A stretch of DNA of 64,000 nucleotides from Octopus bimaculoides (taxonomy: Eukaryota), in contig NC_068982.1 of the NCBI RefSeq assembly GCF_001194135.2, positions 182,549,559 to 182,613,558 on the forward strand, read 5' to 3'. The notes below the pieces were generated by a model. It worked only from the letters and a program-made list of their open reading frames with translations. It was not told the DNA's origin and made no database searches. Of the stretch, positions 27,390 to 39,920 are shown one piece after another. A program made the position numbers and the translations under genes. Position 1 is the first letter of the stretch, and every line of letters starts with the position of its first letter.

Positions 27390-28304
27390 TGATGTTCTGG
27401 TGATTTGATGGTCTAGCTGTCTTTATTTACATTGATTTATTTGTACCCTACACATACTAATCCATTGGATTATAATATGGAGCATGAAAAGGCCTGAAAC
27501 TGGGGTTGGTGAAATTGTAGAAGTTCTCTGACAATCACTTCGACTCATCCCGGAGGTATGGCAAGGAGTCGTATATTGCTGCCATACATGGTTTTCCAGC
27601 AGGATCAGTCTCCAACCAGAATTTAACCACAGTCTTCAGCAGCTTCACATAGCCATCTGAATTGAGCCTAATTTCCTGTTCAAAGATGTGGGGAAGCATG
27701 ATGTTAACCTCTTTGGAGACACGCAAATATCATTACAGTTTGAGAAACTTGATTTTCATCATACATGGAACGGCACTTCAATTGTAGGAAAGCTGCCTGC
27801 TGTTCTGAGTGTTGTGCAATCGGTCCTGGGAGACGTTTTATTCATCTCGCAAGAGGCACTCTATTCCTGGTTCAACAGGATGTCTTATTACCTTCGTTAA
27901 GCAGTTCCCTTTAGCTTTTACTGTCAACATTTATCATTTGCATTTTTGTGCGAGGGCCAGCTTCATGATGGTGACTCTAACATCAACTTCTCTTGCTAAA
28001 TCCCGGAATCCTTTGCTTGTACCGACCATCACCTTATCCTACACTGCAGCAGTCTTACAACATTTACAGAGCATTGAGTAACTGTGATAATAACGAAATT
28101 TTGTTACCCGGCACGTATTATCATAGTACAAGTAAATCTTTATTGATATTCAGATGGCATTCAGTCCTTCATGTCAGCTAACTTCTTCTCAACTTCAACT
28201 TTAATCTTTATAGTCCCCATCGCCATTGTCTCGTCACTAAAATATCACGCTCTTCCTAAAAGTAAGGAAGCATAAAAATCGTCAAATTTGGCACGAGCAC
28301 CCTA
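27390..28304 (-). mobile_element. Decayed Tc1/mariner DD37D (maT-like) transposon
   Basis: Minus strand VEPGIECLLRDE*N..QDRLHNTQNSRQL, HIFEQEIRLNSDGYVKLLKTVVKFWLE, WQQ(Y)TTPCHTS..LSENFYNFTNP..NPMD*YV*G; 37 residues between the second and third catalytic positions once one 1-nt deletion is allowed. Confidence 0.85.
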
Positions 28305-31199
28305 TTTATATGTACAAATAGAACTAAAAGAAATTAGTGATAGGAAAGTGTGAATAAAGCAATTCATTACATAATAAATAAACACTTATATACCTTGTCG
28401 TCTACATTGTCGTTGGCTTTTTTTTTTTTTTTGCTTTTTGGCATCCATTCTGTTTGAACGAATAATTAAATTCATACAATATCCCTTTAATTGTATCAAT
28501 TGTAACGGAACGATGACAGAGAACAGAGGTAACAACTGTTCTTCCTTAATATTATTAGCACATACAGTGGACAAATATGGATTTCATCCAACTGCCATAA
28601 ATGTCAAACCAATTCAAGTGTTTTCAACGTGCACTTCTCTCAGTAAATTAAGAGAAATGTTAACTTTCTATGTCTCTTTTATCACTGATTCATTCTTCAT
28701 TGCATAAAAGCACACGATTGTTTACATATATTTGGTGTAATAATAAGTAGCATAGTCTTCCAATTTCTATGGAGTCGAATGAAGGTCTCCAAAAATTTAC
28801 TCAAGACATAATATCCATTCAAATACTGATATGTCAATGTATTATTTAATAAATAATTTATCGGATGCGAGAAAGAAGGCATTCTTCAAGAAGTAAAAGA
28901 AATCGACAGCAACACTGGTTCTAAATGTATATAACCACCCGAATACAAATACCGTACTTTTGATAGAGAATATTTCGTAAGTTACTTGAGCCCTAACTAC
29001 TGTTTTCGCAAACCAATTCTTTTTGAATTTATACAGACGATAAAGCCTTATCGTTCTAAGGTCTGAACTAGACCGTCATTCAACTAGACACATTAATCAC
29101 ATACCCGCCCTTGGCATGAGACATTTTAAAGAACAGAAAAATAAACTTGCGAATGCACTTTCCTCCTTCGATGTCGATATCCTGCCACGATCAATTTAGA
29201 ACGAAAGTCATTTGGCCTAACTGATGACAAAGTATTGATTAGACCCAAAATGTCGTCATCTTTTTTTTTACAAGCCATATCTTTTCCATATTCAGATGGA
29301 TACATGTGATGTGATACATCGACAGAACATAAGCGCATTCATGTGAAATATTTTCGTCTTGCCCGTATGCTAGAGCAACACTCAAATTAATATAATTATA
29401 ATCTATTTGAACCAGTTTTTAGAAATACATGTATCAGTGAGCCAGATACAGCATCGCATATCAAAGAGCCAATCCTCATTGCCATGTCAAAACATCTCTT
29501 GCTAGTTTTTTTGTCACCAGATGCAAGATTTGTCCATGGATACTATATCGAACTCTTTTCATATTCTCATTGGCATACTTGCCTAGATAAGCATTTTCTA
29601 TAGCACAAGATCTTATATCATAGGGCAATCAGTTTTCAAATCCCTTATTCCTTACTGCAACTGCGGACGACAATTCAAGTTAGACTTATTTTAGGAAGGA
29701 ACACAATTATTAGGTTATACTGAAACCTGCACTACCTTTCTTTTTTATGACAAAATACGACGGTCTTAAAACTGATTGGGATTCTTTGCGCTAAGAAAAT
29801 TTAAGGGATGCAGACTATAGTTAGTTTTCAGAAGTACCCAAATATTAATTAAATGAAAAATATCTCAGACAGGTTTTTTTCTATTTTACAAGTTACATTA
29901 GTGAAACTAGTCAATCATGTTTCGTGCATATTGCTTTGTACGGGCAACGACTGGATCCTTTTGAAGTCAAAGGGAAATCGTTTAAGCAGCGTCGTCTTTC
30001 GATTTTTAGGAAAGCTCGTTACCGATTAAATCCACGACAGTCAACTCCGAATTCGTACATTTGATGTCACTTATTAATAGTTCCTATATGCGAATTTTCT
30101 TTCTATATAAAATTTGAACATTACATCTGACTTATAATGTACACCGTCTTATCATTATACCACATTATACACTGAGCATTCTTCATACTCAATGCACTTT
30201 CATCCATGTCTTATACACTACATACCCTGTAAACAATACCAGTATTTAGTCTTGCAGTAGGCATTAGCATTTTTGTATTATATTCTAACATATGTTTTGT
30301 GATGTTGTATACATATTATTTAAACATGCTATATTTCTTGACGTGCACATTCCTTATTTGGAAAGTTTCATGCTTACTTTTCTTATTTTCTGTAGGAAAT
30401 TTATTTGTAATATCCATAATATCTGTTTCTTGGATAAAATTCAGACTTGGAAATTAATAGGAAGCTTTCTTAAATCAGGATGCTGCTATCTAATAGCTGG
30501 GCAGGAATGCTATTGTAAACAAATTGTTTAAATAGTATAAATAAAAGAAACCTACATATTTTTTTTCTTTTTGATAAATTTATTTTGCTTTATAACGCAA
30601 GGAAATAGAAATCATATATAAGTGTATATCACAGACAAAGACAGAGAGAGAAAAAAAGAGATTACGAGAAAGGGAGAATGCGTGTGTATGTAAGAATATG
30701 TGTCTAACTTAAGGTATGCTGATCGTGTGTGTGTACATATACAGAAACATTCTTTCGTATTAAGTGCGTAAATTTCTCCTACATTGAATGAAGACTGACA
30801 TTGAAGCTGAATCAATGTAAGATGGAAGAAACATTTTTTTAATGAATTAAATACATATCAAACTTCTAAGATATCTCGAATTCACACTGAAATGTAAAAG
30901 TACGTGTATAAGTACACATATCTACAATCTGATAAAACTTTCAATGATTTCTCATTTAAAGGTTTTCAGTTTCGATGTTCTTGAATTAAGTTGTATGTAA
31001 AATACTTCAATAATTCTGCTCTCCTTATTGTTATTGCTTTGAGCAGTAGTGGTGGTGGTGTTGGTGGTCTTTTCCACATATACAAATCCTCCAGTACGTA
31101 TAGAGAAGCAAAAAGATATCGTTCACTTGATGACAATGGCATTCTTCTTTTTTTTTTTTTGCTTCTGTATACCTAGTGAAGGAGTTACCTCAATCCTAT

Positions 31200-31214
31200 A
31201 AAATATTATTATTA

Positions 31215-31290
<76 letters not shown>

Positions 31291-31680
31291 CATCATTATT
31301 ATTATTGGTGTTGTTGTTGTTCTTATTACTGACTAAGAGAACAAAGCATGACATCAAAGTGACACTGGGGTACAAATATACGAAGCCCAAGTTACCCATC
31401 ATGACGACCCATCTGATAAGTGTCTACTAGGTACGTGCATCGCAACCATATGTGTGCGACATGTTGATTTCACATCAAGCGAAAAAGCGCATGACTTTGC
31501 AGGTGGGGCCCAGTTAGGTTTTCTTCAGGTCGAGTAGCCCATCTTGCTGAAAAGGGTTGTTTAAGGATATAGAACAAAACACCCATATTTCCTGAGGTGT
31601 ATAATTGAAATCCCAAAGAATTCATCTTAACACATGGCTATGATACTCCCGCACTATTTTTGCTCATGATCAGAGATGCA
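31200..31680 (-). mobile_element. 3' end of a non-LTR retroelement with a long (AAT)n/(AAC)n tail
   Basis: Unique ~350-bp body running into the (TTA)n array at ~31203-31310; family not identified. Confidence 0.55.
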
Positions 31681-31964
31681 CATAGGCGCAGACGTTTCTG
31701 TGTGGTAAGTAGCTTGCTTACTGCGCATGTATTAATCAGGTACTGCTACACTGGTATTGTCAAGACGTTGCTTTCGCAGCGTTCTTCAAGAGCAGAAGGT
31801 TGAAGGCGCGACTGTAAGATAGGCATCTGTGTGTTTTGGCGGGTGGCGGCGGGATTTAGCGGGGTTTTATTATTTGATATTGTTTTTCTTTTCGCAAACA
31901 AGAAATCGTCACTGGGTCTCGGACATTTGTCTGCCTGCAGTGGCGCTAAGTGACTCATTTAGCT

Positions 31965-33720
31965 GTGAGAATTGTTGTTTTGGGATTATATCGTACGCCT
32001 CACGATAGTCGATCCACGACATGGCTAAGTTACTTTTCCTCCTCTTGCAGTCTCTAAGTACAGTTTTGTCTATCAGGAATTGATGCTTAGTAGCTCTGCA
32101 CTTACGTTTGCAACCCTTCTGTTCATGTGGAAGGACTCCATTTTTCTTCCAGATGTTCGTACATTGACTCTGCGAGTATTTCAGTCCATAATTTCCACAT
32201 AAGTGGCAAACAGGATATCGGCCTCTAATCGTCTACCGTATTGCCTTTTTCGGTGTTTTTCAGGCACAGCACTTTGGTGTTCCTTGGTCGGCATTTAACA
32301 AGGTGTTAAGTTGCACAGGTATTCGTGCATGACATTTATCAAATCCTTTGATCCAGTAGCCTTGAACTCCATCTGGTCCCGGGGCCTACCAGTTGCTGAC
32401 CTTTTTTGCTGATTTCTTTCATTTCCTTAACTGAAATAACTAAATCCGCCTGTTTTGGACAGACTACTGTTTGTTTCAGTTCTTGCAATCATTCAGCATC
32501 CTTCTTGGGCTCCTTGTCTTGTCTCCAGATGTCACTCCAAAACATTTGACTTTCAATGTTATCTGGTGTCATCTTTTCATTTGTACCCTTTCCATTTCTT
32601 TCTTCATAGAATCTCTTCTCATCTACTCTTAATAACCTATTCTGGTGGTAACCCTTCATTCTTTGATCGTATCTTACCATCTTTGCTTTATTTGCAACGA
32701 GGCACTGTTTCAGTTCCTCCACTACTATTTTCTGGCCCTTTCTTTCAATATTATACTCCCTTTTCAGCACCCTGTATTTTTGTTGGCTTTTAAGCTCCCC
32801 TTTGTTTTTTCGGTCTAACACAGAGATTTCCTTCGAGAGCATATCTAAACCTGCCTGGATTCTTCTTTTCCACCTTGGATCTTTTCTTTTGTCACCCTCA
32901 TTATGTTTCTTTTACTTGACTTCAACACCCACATTTTCTGCTACAACAAGACTTGCTGCCTTGATCAAGTTATTTGTTTCTGTGATGTTTGTTCTGATGT
33001 ATTTCAGAATTTCATTGACATTTTTCGTTTCTTGCTTCAATTTCCATCGATCAACCTCATTAAGGTTGCAAAAATGTCGCTATCTTTCTCCTGCAGTCAT
33101 ACCTTTATTCTGTCGCAGATTGCCTTTTGTTCATCTGTCATGTAACCATTAGTTTTATTGTCTTATTTTAGAGCTTCTATATGTTTCTCAACAAGTAAAC
33201 TACCACTGCTCCTTTCCTGTGCCATGAGATTACTCTTATTAGTAAGAACTGTATTTTCATTGCTATCTCTGCTGCTATTTTCCATGACCTGACTTTTGAT
33301 AGCTTCGAGCTCTACTTCTGTGAACCAGCAATTTATCCTTATTGCTCTAGATTGATCACATAGACTTTGTTCCGTAAGTGGAAACAACCCCTTTTCTCTC
33401 CAATGATCGTACAAACGTTGTTGGTAACCCTTAATTTGAGCACCATTTTCACCTACCGGACTGCTCAGGTAGTAACGATCCATGACTACAGCATTAATTT
33501 TCTTGCTCTACGCCGTGTGTTTTGGTCCTTTTCTGGATATCAACAGGCTGGAGCTGCACAAGAATCTCTGAGTCTGCCGGGTGTCTGGTTACATTACCAT
33601 CGTTGTTCACAATATTTTGTTTTTTCATTGTCACTCATATGAAGTAGCGATTCTCAGGTTACGCAATTACCATTGTTTTTTTTTTATAGTGACACCATCA
33701 CTAGATGTATCATTATTAGC
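31965..33720 (-). mobile_element. R4/Dong-clade (RLE-type) non-LTR retrotransposon, 5' part through early RT, disrupted
   Basis: ORFs 33163-33483 (QRLYDHWREKGLFPLTEQSLCDQSRAIRINCWFTEVELEAIK) and 32489-32842 (RYDQRMKGYHQNRLL..FWSDIW); further [65 protein letters not shown]. Confidence 0.88.
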
Positions 33721-34435
33721 CCATAAGGAAATTCCACCCGTTTCCTTTCATTATCATTATTATCATCACTGATATCACTGATAGTATAGTTTTTATGTGT
33801 AGTAGCAGCAGTGGGTGCAGCACCAGCAACAGTAGCGTGGGTGGGTGTAGTGGTAAGGGCGGTAGTTGGGTCTCAGATACCTGTGCTATCCTAATAGTAG
33901 TCGTTGCAGTGTTAATTTAGTGTTACTAGTATTTAGTATTAGTAGTTACAGCATATTGTTTTTATCATTATCACCACCACAACCATTGCTTTAGGGAAAG
34001 ATTGTGTAGCAATTTGGGAAATAGATCATATTCTACAGGTTTATAAATAGAATCGCAGATGGTGGGGAGGTCAGCCATAGAGACAAAGGAATCTTCGCAA
34101 CCTTTACGTCAGCAGAGGACAAATGTGTTTACTACTACCAGTGGATACTGGCTGAGCTTCCTCGAGAAGAAGCAATTCAACCTGTTCTATTTGTAATTAC
34201 TGGTAGAAAAAAAGGAATAATAATAATATATATATATACACACACACACTCACATACACACACACACATGTATATATATATATATATACCAGACACCTTT
34301 CCAGAAAATGTCAGTCCTTGCGCCAATAGTTGAAAGACTGATTATGATTGTGGTTGTTTATTACCGAATCATAGCATAGTTTGTAAACTCCTGCCTAGTT
34401 GACTCTGTTTTGTTTTCGGAATCAGCTTCCACTGA

Positions 34436-34552
34436 GTCTTTTTTTTTTTTTTTTTTTTTTTTTATTTGGCCAAAACCTTATTTGTTAACCTTCGAACCTT
34501 CGAAGCAAAACTTCGGAGGAAAAGAAATTTTCGAATGAGAAACATTTTCAAA
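34436..34552 (+). promoter_or_regulatory. Candidate promoter/5' UTR of the host gene
   Basis: Long poly(T) tract (~34437-34464), local CpG enrichment, YY1/Kozak-like caaaATGGCG at the start codon, ETS-like CGGAAGTG nearby at 34950-34957. Confidence 0.45.
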
Positions 34553-34610
34553 ATGGCGTCGTCGTTGTTGTCCAGTCAGCAAAAGAGTAAGACGGGAAGA
34601 GGTTTTGAAG
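34553..34610 (+). CDS. Candidate first coding exon of a P5B-type ATPase (ATP13A2-5-like): MASSLLSSQQKSKTGRGFE(D)
   Basis: aaaATGGCG start; donor GAAG|gtaaaa at 34610/34611 (phase 1) joins in frame with the exon at 43243; alternative in-frame donor AAGA|gtaaga at 34586/34587. Confidence 0.55.
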
Positions 34611-35125
34611 GTAAAACTGTTTCTCGCAGGCATTCCCCACCACGCTGTAAAACAATCGTAGTTGTAATTAAAAATAGTAGCAGCAGAATTCCTCAATAAC
34701 AAAATTCTAATCAATACCATTTTATCCTAACCCAGCAGGTATACTTTACTACCCAAATATATGTCAAAGTTAAATATTAATTATTCGCACTGCTTGTGAA
34801 GCAATTTCTGAACAGGTTAGTTATACTTCCGCAACTAATACCTAACCTGTCTGCTTTGTATACCTCGAGACTTATTCTTATACCTCGAACTTTGCATGCT
34901 GCTCGTCGTAAAAACTAAAATTGTTAGGATTTACGTTGGTGCCAACAGACGGAAGTGGCATAGAAACACGCGAGGGTTTTTCTCAATTCCAATAAGGTAT
35001 TTGAAAGGGAATGCAGACATACCTACAGAAATTCGAATTTATTACAGTAGACATAACTATACATATGAATGTCTATATGCCCGTACTTATACATGTGTAT
35101 GTATTTTGCCTATATGAAGGTTATT

Positions 35126-35685
35126 TTAAACTCAACTTTACGATGAAAGTAAACAAAGTTTGTTCTTTTTTTTTTCTTTTTAGAAGTGTTGAGATGTTTT
35201 GTAAGAAAGAGAAATAAATTTATTTTTCAAACGCGTGAAAATGCTATAAATAGCGCGATCAGGATAAATTATCCATATATTGCAGAAAAATACGTTACTG
35301 GCCAGCCATGAGACTCGAACTCACATCTCTGTAATTACGCGTCAAGTGTTTTTTCACGCGTTTGAGAAATAAATTTATTTCTGTTTCTTACAATACATCT
35401 CAACGCTTCTTAAAAGAAAAAAAAACTTTGTTTACTCTCATCGTAAAGTTGAATTTAACATTAGCGTCTTATGAAGCTAAATTTATAAGTTCTAAAATTA
35501 CTGAAGAATTCGTTGCTGGACAATTTAGTTTAATGGTAAAACACTTGACGCGTATTTACAGAGATGTTAGTTCGAGTCTCATGGCTGGCCAGTATCGTAA
35601 TGTTCTCCAATATATGTACAATTTATCCTGATCACGCTATTTAGAGCATTATTACGCGTTTCAGAAATAAATTTATTTCTCTTTG
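35126..35685. mobile_element. Interleaved double inverted repeat (A-B-A'-x-B'-partial A') with a tRNA-like head
   Basis: A 35126-35241 vs A' 35351-35458; B 35242-35350 vs B' 35539-35648; second partial A' 35651-35685; A-box-like tagtttaatggt and B-box-like gttcgagtc within 35518-35585. Confidence 0.8.
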
Positions 35686-36207
35686 TTATTTTATATCGAG
35701 GATATAAAAAGTAGTCACTGTGTTATCCAATGTATACCTAATGTATTAAAGCTATTGATAGAAACTTATAGGAATGTATCTTATATTATGTTTACAGCTT
35801 CATGAATAAATTTCGATAATAATCTGTACTCAACTACAACTTCATACCGTAAATAATTCAATATCAAGCGTATGATATAATCACGGAATTCCTACTGGAG
35901 TAAAACTCATATTAATTCTTGTCATATATTTTGACATATTATATTAATAAGTTTACATTTCCCATCATGAGTCATATTTCAAGTTCATAGGTTATCAAAA
36001 ACCTCAAATATATGAAATAATTTAAAGTGTATGCACATACACCCGCGCATACACATATAAATACAAATTATGTTATAATATACCAACTCATTCTCACAGG
36101 AGATTTTACATAATTATGCTTATAAATGTATGCATAATCGCATGCATATTATATGCACACATACATACACTTGTATGTATAAAGAGAGAGAGAGAGTAAT
36201 TTATGTG

Positions 36208-36259
<52 letters not shown>

Positions 36260-36633
36260 CAAGCATACATATATAAATACATATATGTACGTTTGAGTGT
36301 GTGCGCGCGCATATCTAAACATTAAAAAGCAAACAAGAATTTTCTATATTAAATAAGTTTCATTTTCTTCGGAAGCAGAAATATAGTCATATATTGCATT
36401 TTATATAATTTCATACAAAGTCGCAAACATTCAAGCTTTTTAATTGAAAATTGTTTCATTAGATATATAACAAAACATACTATACTGTCCTACCTAAGGT
36501 ATAATATAGTATTGCACTATGAAATGGTAGCCAACATTATGGTTTGATGTATGCACCTTGTCTTTGAAATCGCAACCAGTATGGTTTATGTAAAGCCAAA
36601 TCTACCGCTGATCTATCTTATGTCCTTCACGAA

Positions 36634-36852
36634 TAAGGCGTTCAGCTGGCAGAATCGGTACCGCATTGGGAAAATGCATAGCGCTACTTCTTCTGACTTC
36701 ACCCTTTGAGTTCAAGTGTCACCGGGATCGTCTTTGCCTTTCATCCTTTCAGAATCAATACAATAAGGACCAGTTGAGCACTGGGGTTGATGTTGTAGAC
36801 TTGCCCCAACCCCCGAATGTGTTGGCCTTGTGCTAAGAAATTTGTAACCATT
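36634..36852 (+). mobile_element. tRNA-derived SINE, family C (Nin/Deu-like central block)
   Basis: Head gctggcagaatcg..gagttcaa; core tttgcctttcatcctttc..ccagttgagcactggggttgat; tail ggccttgtgc..aaatttgtaaccatt; homologues at 42.1, 54.8, 55.4 and 58.5 kb. Confidence 0.7.
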
Positions 36853-37849
36853 ATGTCATTCACGAGCCGATCAGGTTTTCGCGTAGAGGTTTCTTGAAAT
36901 CAACGTAGGCACCCTTAGTAAAGCTTTTGTATTTATTTAGATGTAAATCTTTCATTGATACATCCTGCGTATGGATTCCACAAAACACTAATCTCTGAGA
37001 CCAGTAGCTTCCTCCCAGACGGCGCTCTCGCAGCATCTTGACAGAGTTCCTTTTTTTTTCTGACTCTGTTTATTCCAGTTCGCACTAGGATTCAGATTTG
37101 TCCTCCACACTTTTCATTGTTTCCTAATTTCCCCCAAGTATACATCACTCGTAGAAATCTAGACAGTGCACCAATATTCTTCCTCCGATTCCTTGAGTCG
37201 GGTCCTTGAAACTATCCTCAAATAATGAACGCTAGCTTTGTCTCTTTCGACTAATTAAACTCTAACACTACACATATCAGTAAAACATCGTTACACAATA
37301 CACGCCATTGATGTGAGCGTGCAACTAGAAAACCTATGATTGCTCCAATTCTTGAACTCTACTATCGCTTATGATCTCTTCTAGCAAAAGCATATCCTTG
37401 TTATATTTAGGACTGAATAACAAAAATTTACGTTTCAGCTTAGTCATTAATCACTTCGACCCTCTATAACTATTATTCCTCTACAAAGTATAGCTGAGGC
37501 TCTGAACAGAACATTGCTAAAAGAAACAGCACGATGCTGTATTAACACACATAGAGTTCCTAATTTGTATCAAAGAAAGAACCACCTGACTGATTGACAT
37601 GAAGTCATTCAGAATAATCCTACTGTACATAGATGACTGTTGCACTGCTTCTCATGTTCACACAACTAAATTGCCGCTTTCTATCGAAGATAGCTGTGTT
37701 CGTGCTACATTCTAGTTATTCTGAACACAATTGTCTCTCCTCCTGTGGTGACCGATATTGTGCTCAACCCCAGGATCTGCTCTCACCATTATGCCCAGTC
37801 TATCCTAAGAATAAACGTTATCGCGTACACTTTCAATATTATCAACTGG

Positions 37850-38330
37850 AAATAGGATGACATTAAGACTGTAGACACCGAAACAAGAATGGTTCTGATT
37901 AAAAAGAAGATGCGTCATCTGAAAGCAGTCAAAGACAGGTTGTACTCTGCAAGAGTTTTAGAAAGACGTTGGCTAGTTTGGCTCGAAATGAGCTTCAGGT
38001 CTAACACTACTGGGTTAGACGCATATCTGTTAAAAATACAAGACTCGTTGCCCGAATCATAAAACATCAAGGATACTCTAGCGGCGCGAAAGAGACAGAG
38101 ACAGGGCAATCAAGATAGAGTTTGATATTTATCAAACACCAGCAACAGAAATGAAGTTGAGAACCAGTTAGGTTATACGAGGGAAACGATGCAAAATACA
38201 ATGACCAGCTTGCATCACAGAAATCATGGGGACATGGGAACAAGATGATGCATAAGATGTATCCAAAATGGATATAGCAAACAGAAAGGGTTGAAGTGAG
38301 GACACACAGCGGTTCAAGAACAGTGAGTGG
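37850..38330 (+). pseudogene. R4/Dong-clade LINE fragment (post-RT region)
   Basis: MRHLKAVKDRLYSAR..LVWLEMSFRSNTTGLDAYL and MHKMYPKW resemble the R4-type HPK.D.DRLY..R..GGRGL..LE and LHGKYP motifs. Confidence 0.65.
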
Positions 38331-39311
38331 GGGTCAGGGACGAAAAGTGTACAACTAATCCCAACTGAAGATCACAACTGGATCTTATAACCACTGCATC
38401 GCCAAGGATGGATCAGATACTCAATGAAAACACTTTCATCATATCATCGACACCCATCATAGACTTTGTTCCCCATAGACACTGGAACAAGAAACAAAGC
38501 CTATCCAACAATGTGAAAATCGGCTTTTCTCCCGATAGTCTCAGTTTATAGTCAGCTTCACTGCCACTACGATAACACCTTAGCCTTCCTGAGTACCTGC
38601 AGTACGGTTTCGTCTCTTCGCGCGCACATCAACATGTCCTGCCTTGCAACACTTTCGTAACTGTATTATTCATCTCGAACCTGCAATACTCAACTGCAAG
38701 CTTCACTGTCAGACCAAGGATTTCTCAAAGTTATCTAAATAATCTTCGGTCCGATATTCTTTCGTAACAAATCAGACAATTTGTCTCCGTCAGCATCAAG
38801 AAATCGTCACGCTTAACCATTTATACTCTATGCATTGCTAAAGTGAAAGTCCCAGCTCTTTTTTCCTGGCCGATTTAAAGGGCATTAAGCAGCTGACGAC
38901 ACATAAGATGCCGGGCGCCTGAATATTGCCAGGGGCTCACAGCTTCTATATTTCAATAATAGTAACATATTTGTCATTCATAATTTTCAAAAGGAAATAC
39001 AATCTTCTAAATACTGGCACCAAATTATGTGAAATTCTTTCTCCCGTGTTCCTATGATTTAATTAGGTTGCAAAATATTCAGTAGAAAATGGTAAAGTCT
39101 ATATATGCATGATATATAGAAGTAGATCTATTTTGAAATGCAAAGTGACATAACATCAGGGAGTAGTAATTGGTTATTTATGGTTGTATACCGTTCAAAA
39201 TAGACTGACAGCCACTGTGAAGTAATTTCATAAAAGATAAACATTGGAAGCTAAATAAAACTTAAATACACATATCAAGCACATCAAGCAAACGCGTACA
39301 TACACATTATA

Positions 39312-39375
<64 letters not shown>

Positions 39376-39379
39376 TATG

Positions 39380-39530
39380 ATGCAGGCGTGACTGTGTAGT
39401 AAGAAGTTCTGTTCGTAGCCACATGGCTTCAGGTTCAGTCCCACTGTGTTCCAGCTTAGGCAAATGCCTTCTACTTCAACGGCGGGACCACTGAAGTCAA
39501 CTGCGTGATTTGATAGGCTGAATGTAAAAG
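39380..39530 (+). mobile_element. SINE family A, decayed 5' part
   Basis: gcaggcgtgactgtgtagtaagaag..ggttcagtcccactgtg..ggcaaatgccttctact. Confidence 0.7.
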
Positions 39531-39699
39531 AATATATGTATATCTTCACCCATCAGACTGCAGCTATGCTGGGAAGTGCCTTGAGTCGTTATGTAGAAGA
39601 AGTCGATGCCAGTATATATGTATAAGCCAAGTACTAATTCTGACGCTTAATTTTGTCTAACTGCTATGTTACGAGGAAGTAAATGAACCACCACTTGTT

Positions 39700-39884
39700 T
39701 ACAAGGTTTTGGGGGTAGACACACCAAAGCTCAAGAGCGGACACACGTGCACACGCACACACAGACACACACAAACACACACACGTTTCGGACTTCTTTC
39801 AGTTTCCCCTAAACAAATCCACTCACAGCACACCAGCCATCTCAATAAACAGCCACACCAGCGCCTATATCTACATATATATAT

Positions 39885-39920
<36 letters not shown>
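39700..39920 (-). mobile_element. SINE family A, decayed internal fragment
   Basis: cttctttcagtttcc..caaatccactcac block shared with 10930-10965, plus CA/TA repeats. Confidence 0.65.

Noticed and set aside
28430-29650. Possible hAT/Charlie transposase relic on the minus strand
   Set aside because: Only vague residue patterns with many stops; needs an HMM search
31761-31796. Minus strand TTGAAGA..AACGTC resembling a minimal hammerhead
   Set aside because: Both core segments are altered and stem I does not pair
34928-34996. Candidate second exon near the promoter (RFTLVPTDGSGIETREG)
   Set aside because: Weak acceptor, and an in-frame TAA precedes the only good donor
38600-38680. Minus strand RKCCKAGHVDVR, resembling a gag zinc knuckle
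   Set aside because: Spacing does not fit CX2CX4HX4C and no LTR or pol context is seen
39557-39611. Exon-like segment (TAAMLGSALSRYVEEVDA)
   Set aside because: Adjacent to decayed SINE sequence, weak donor, and would break the phase between the two supported exons
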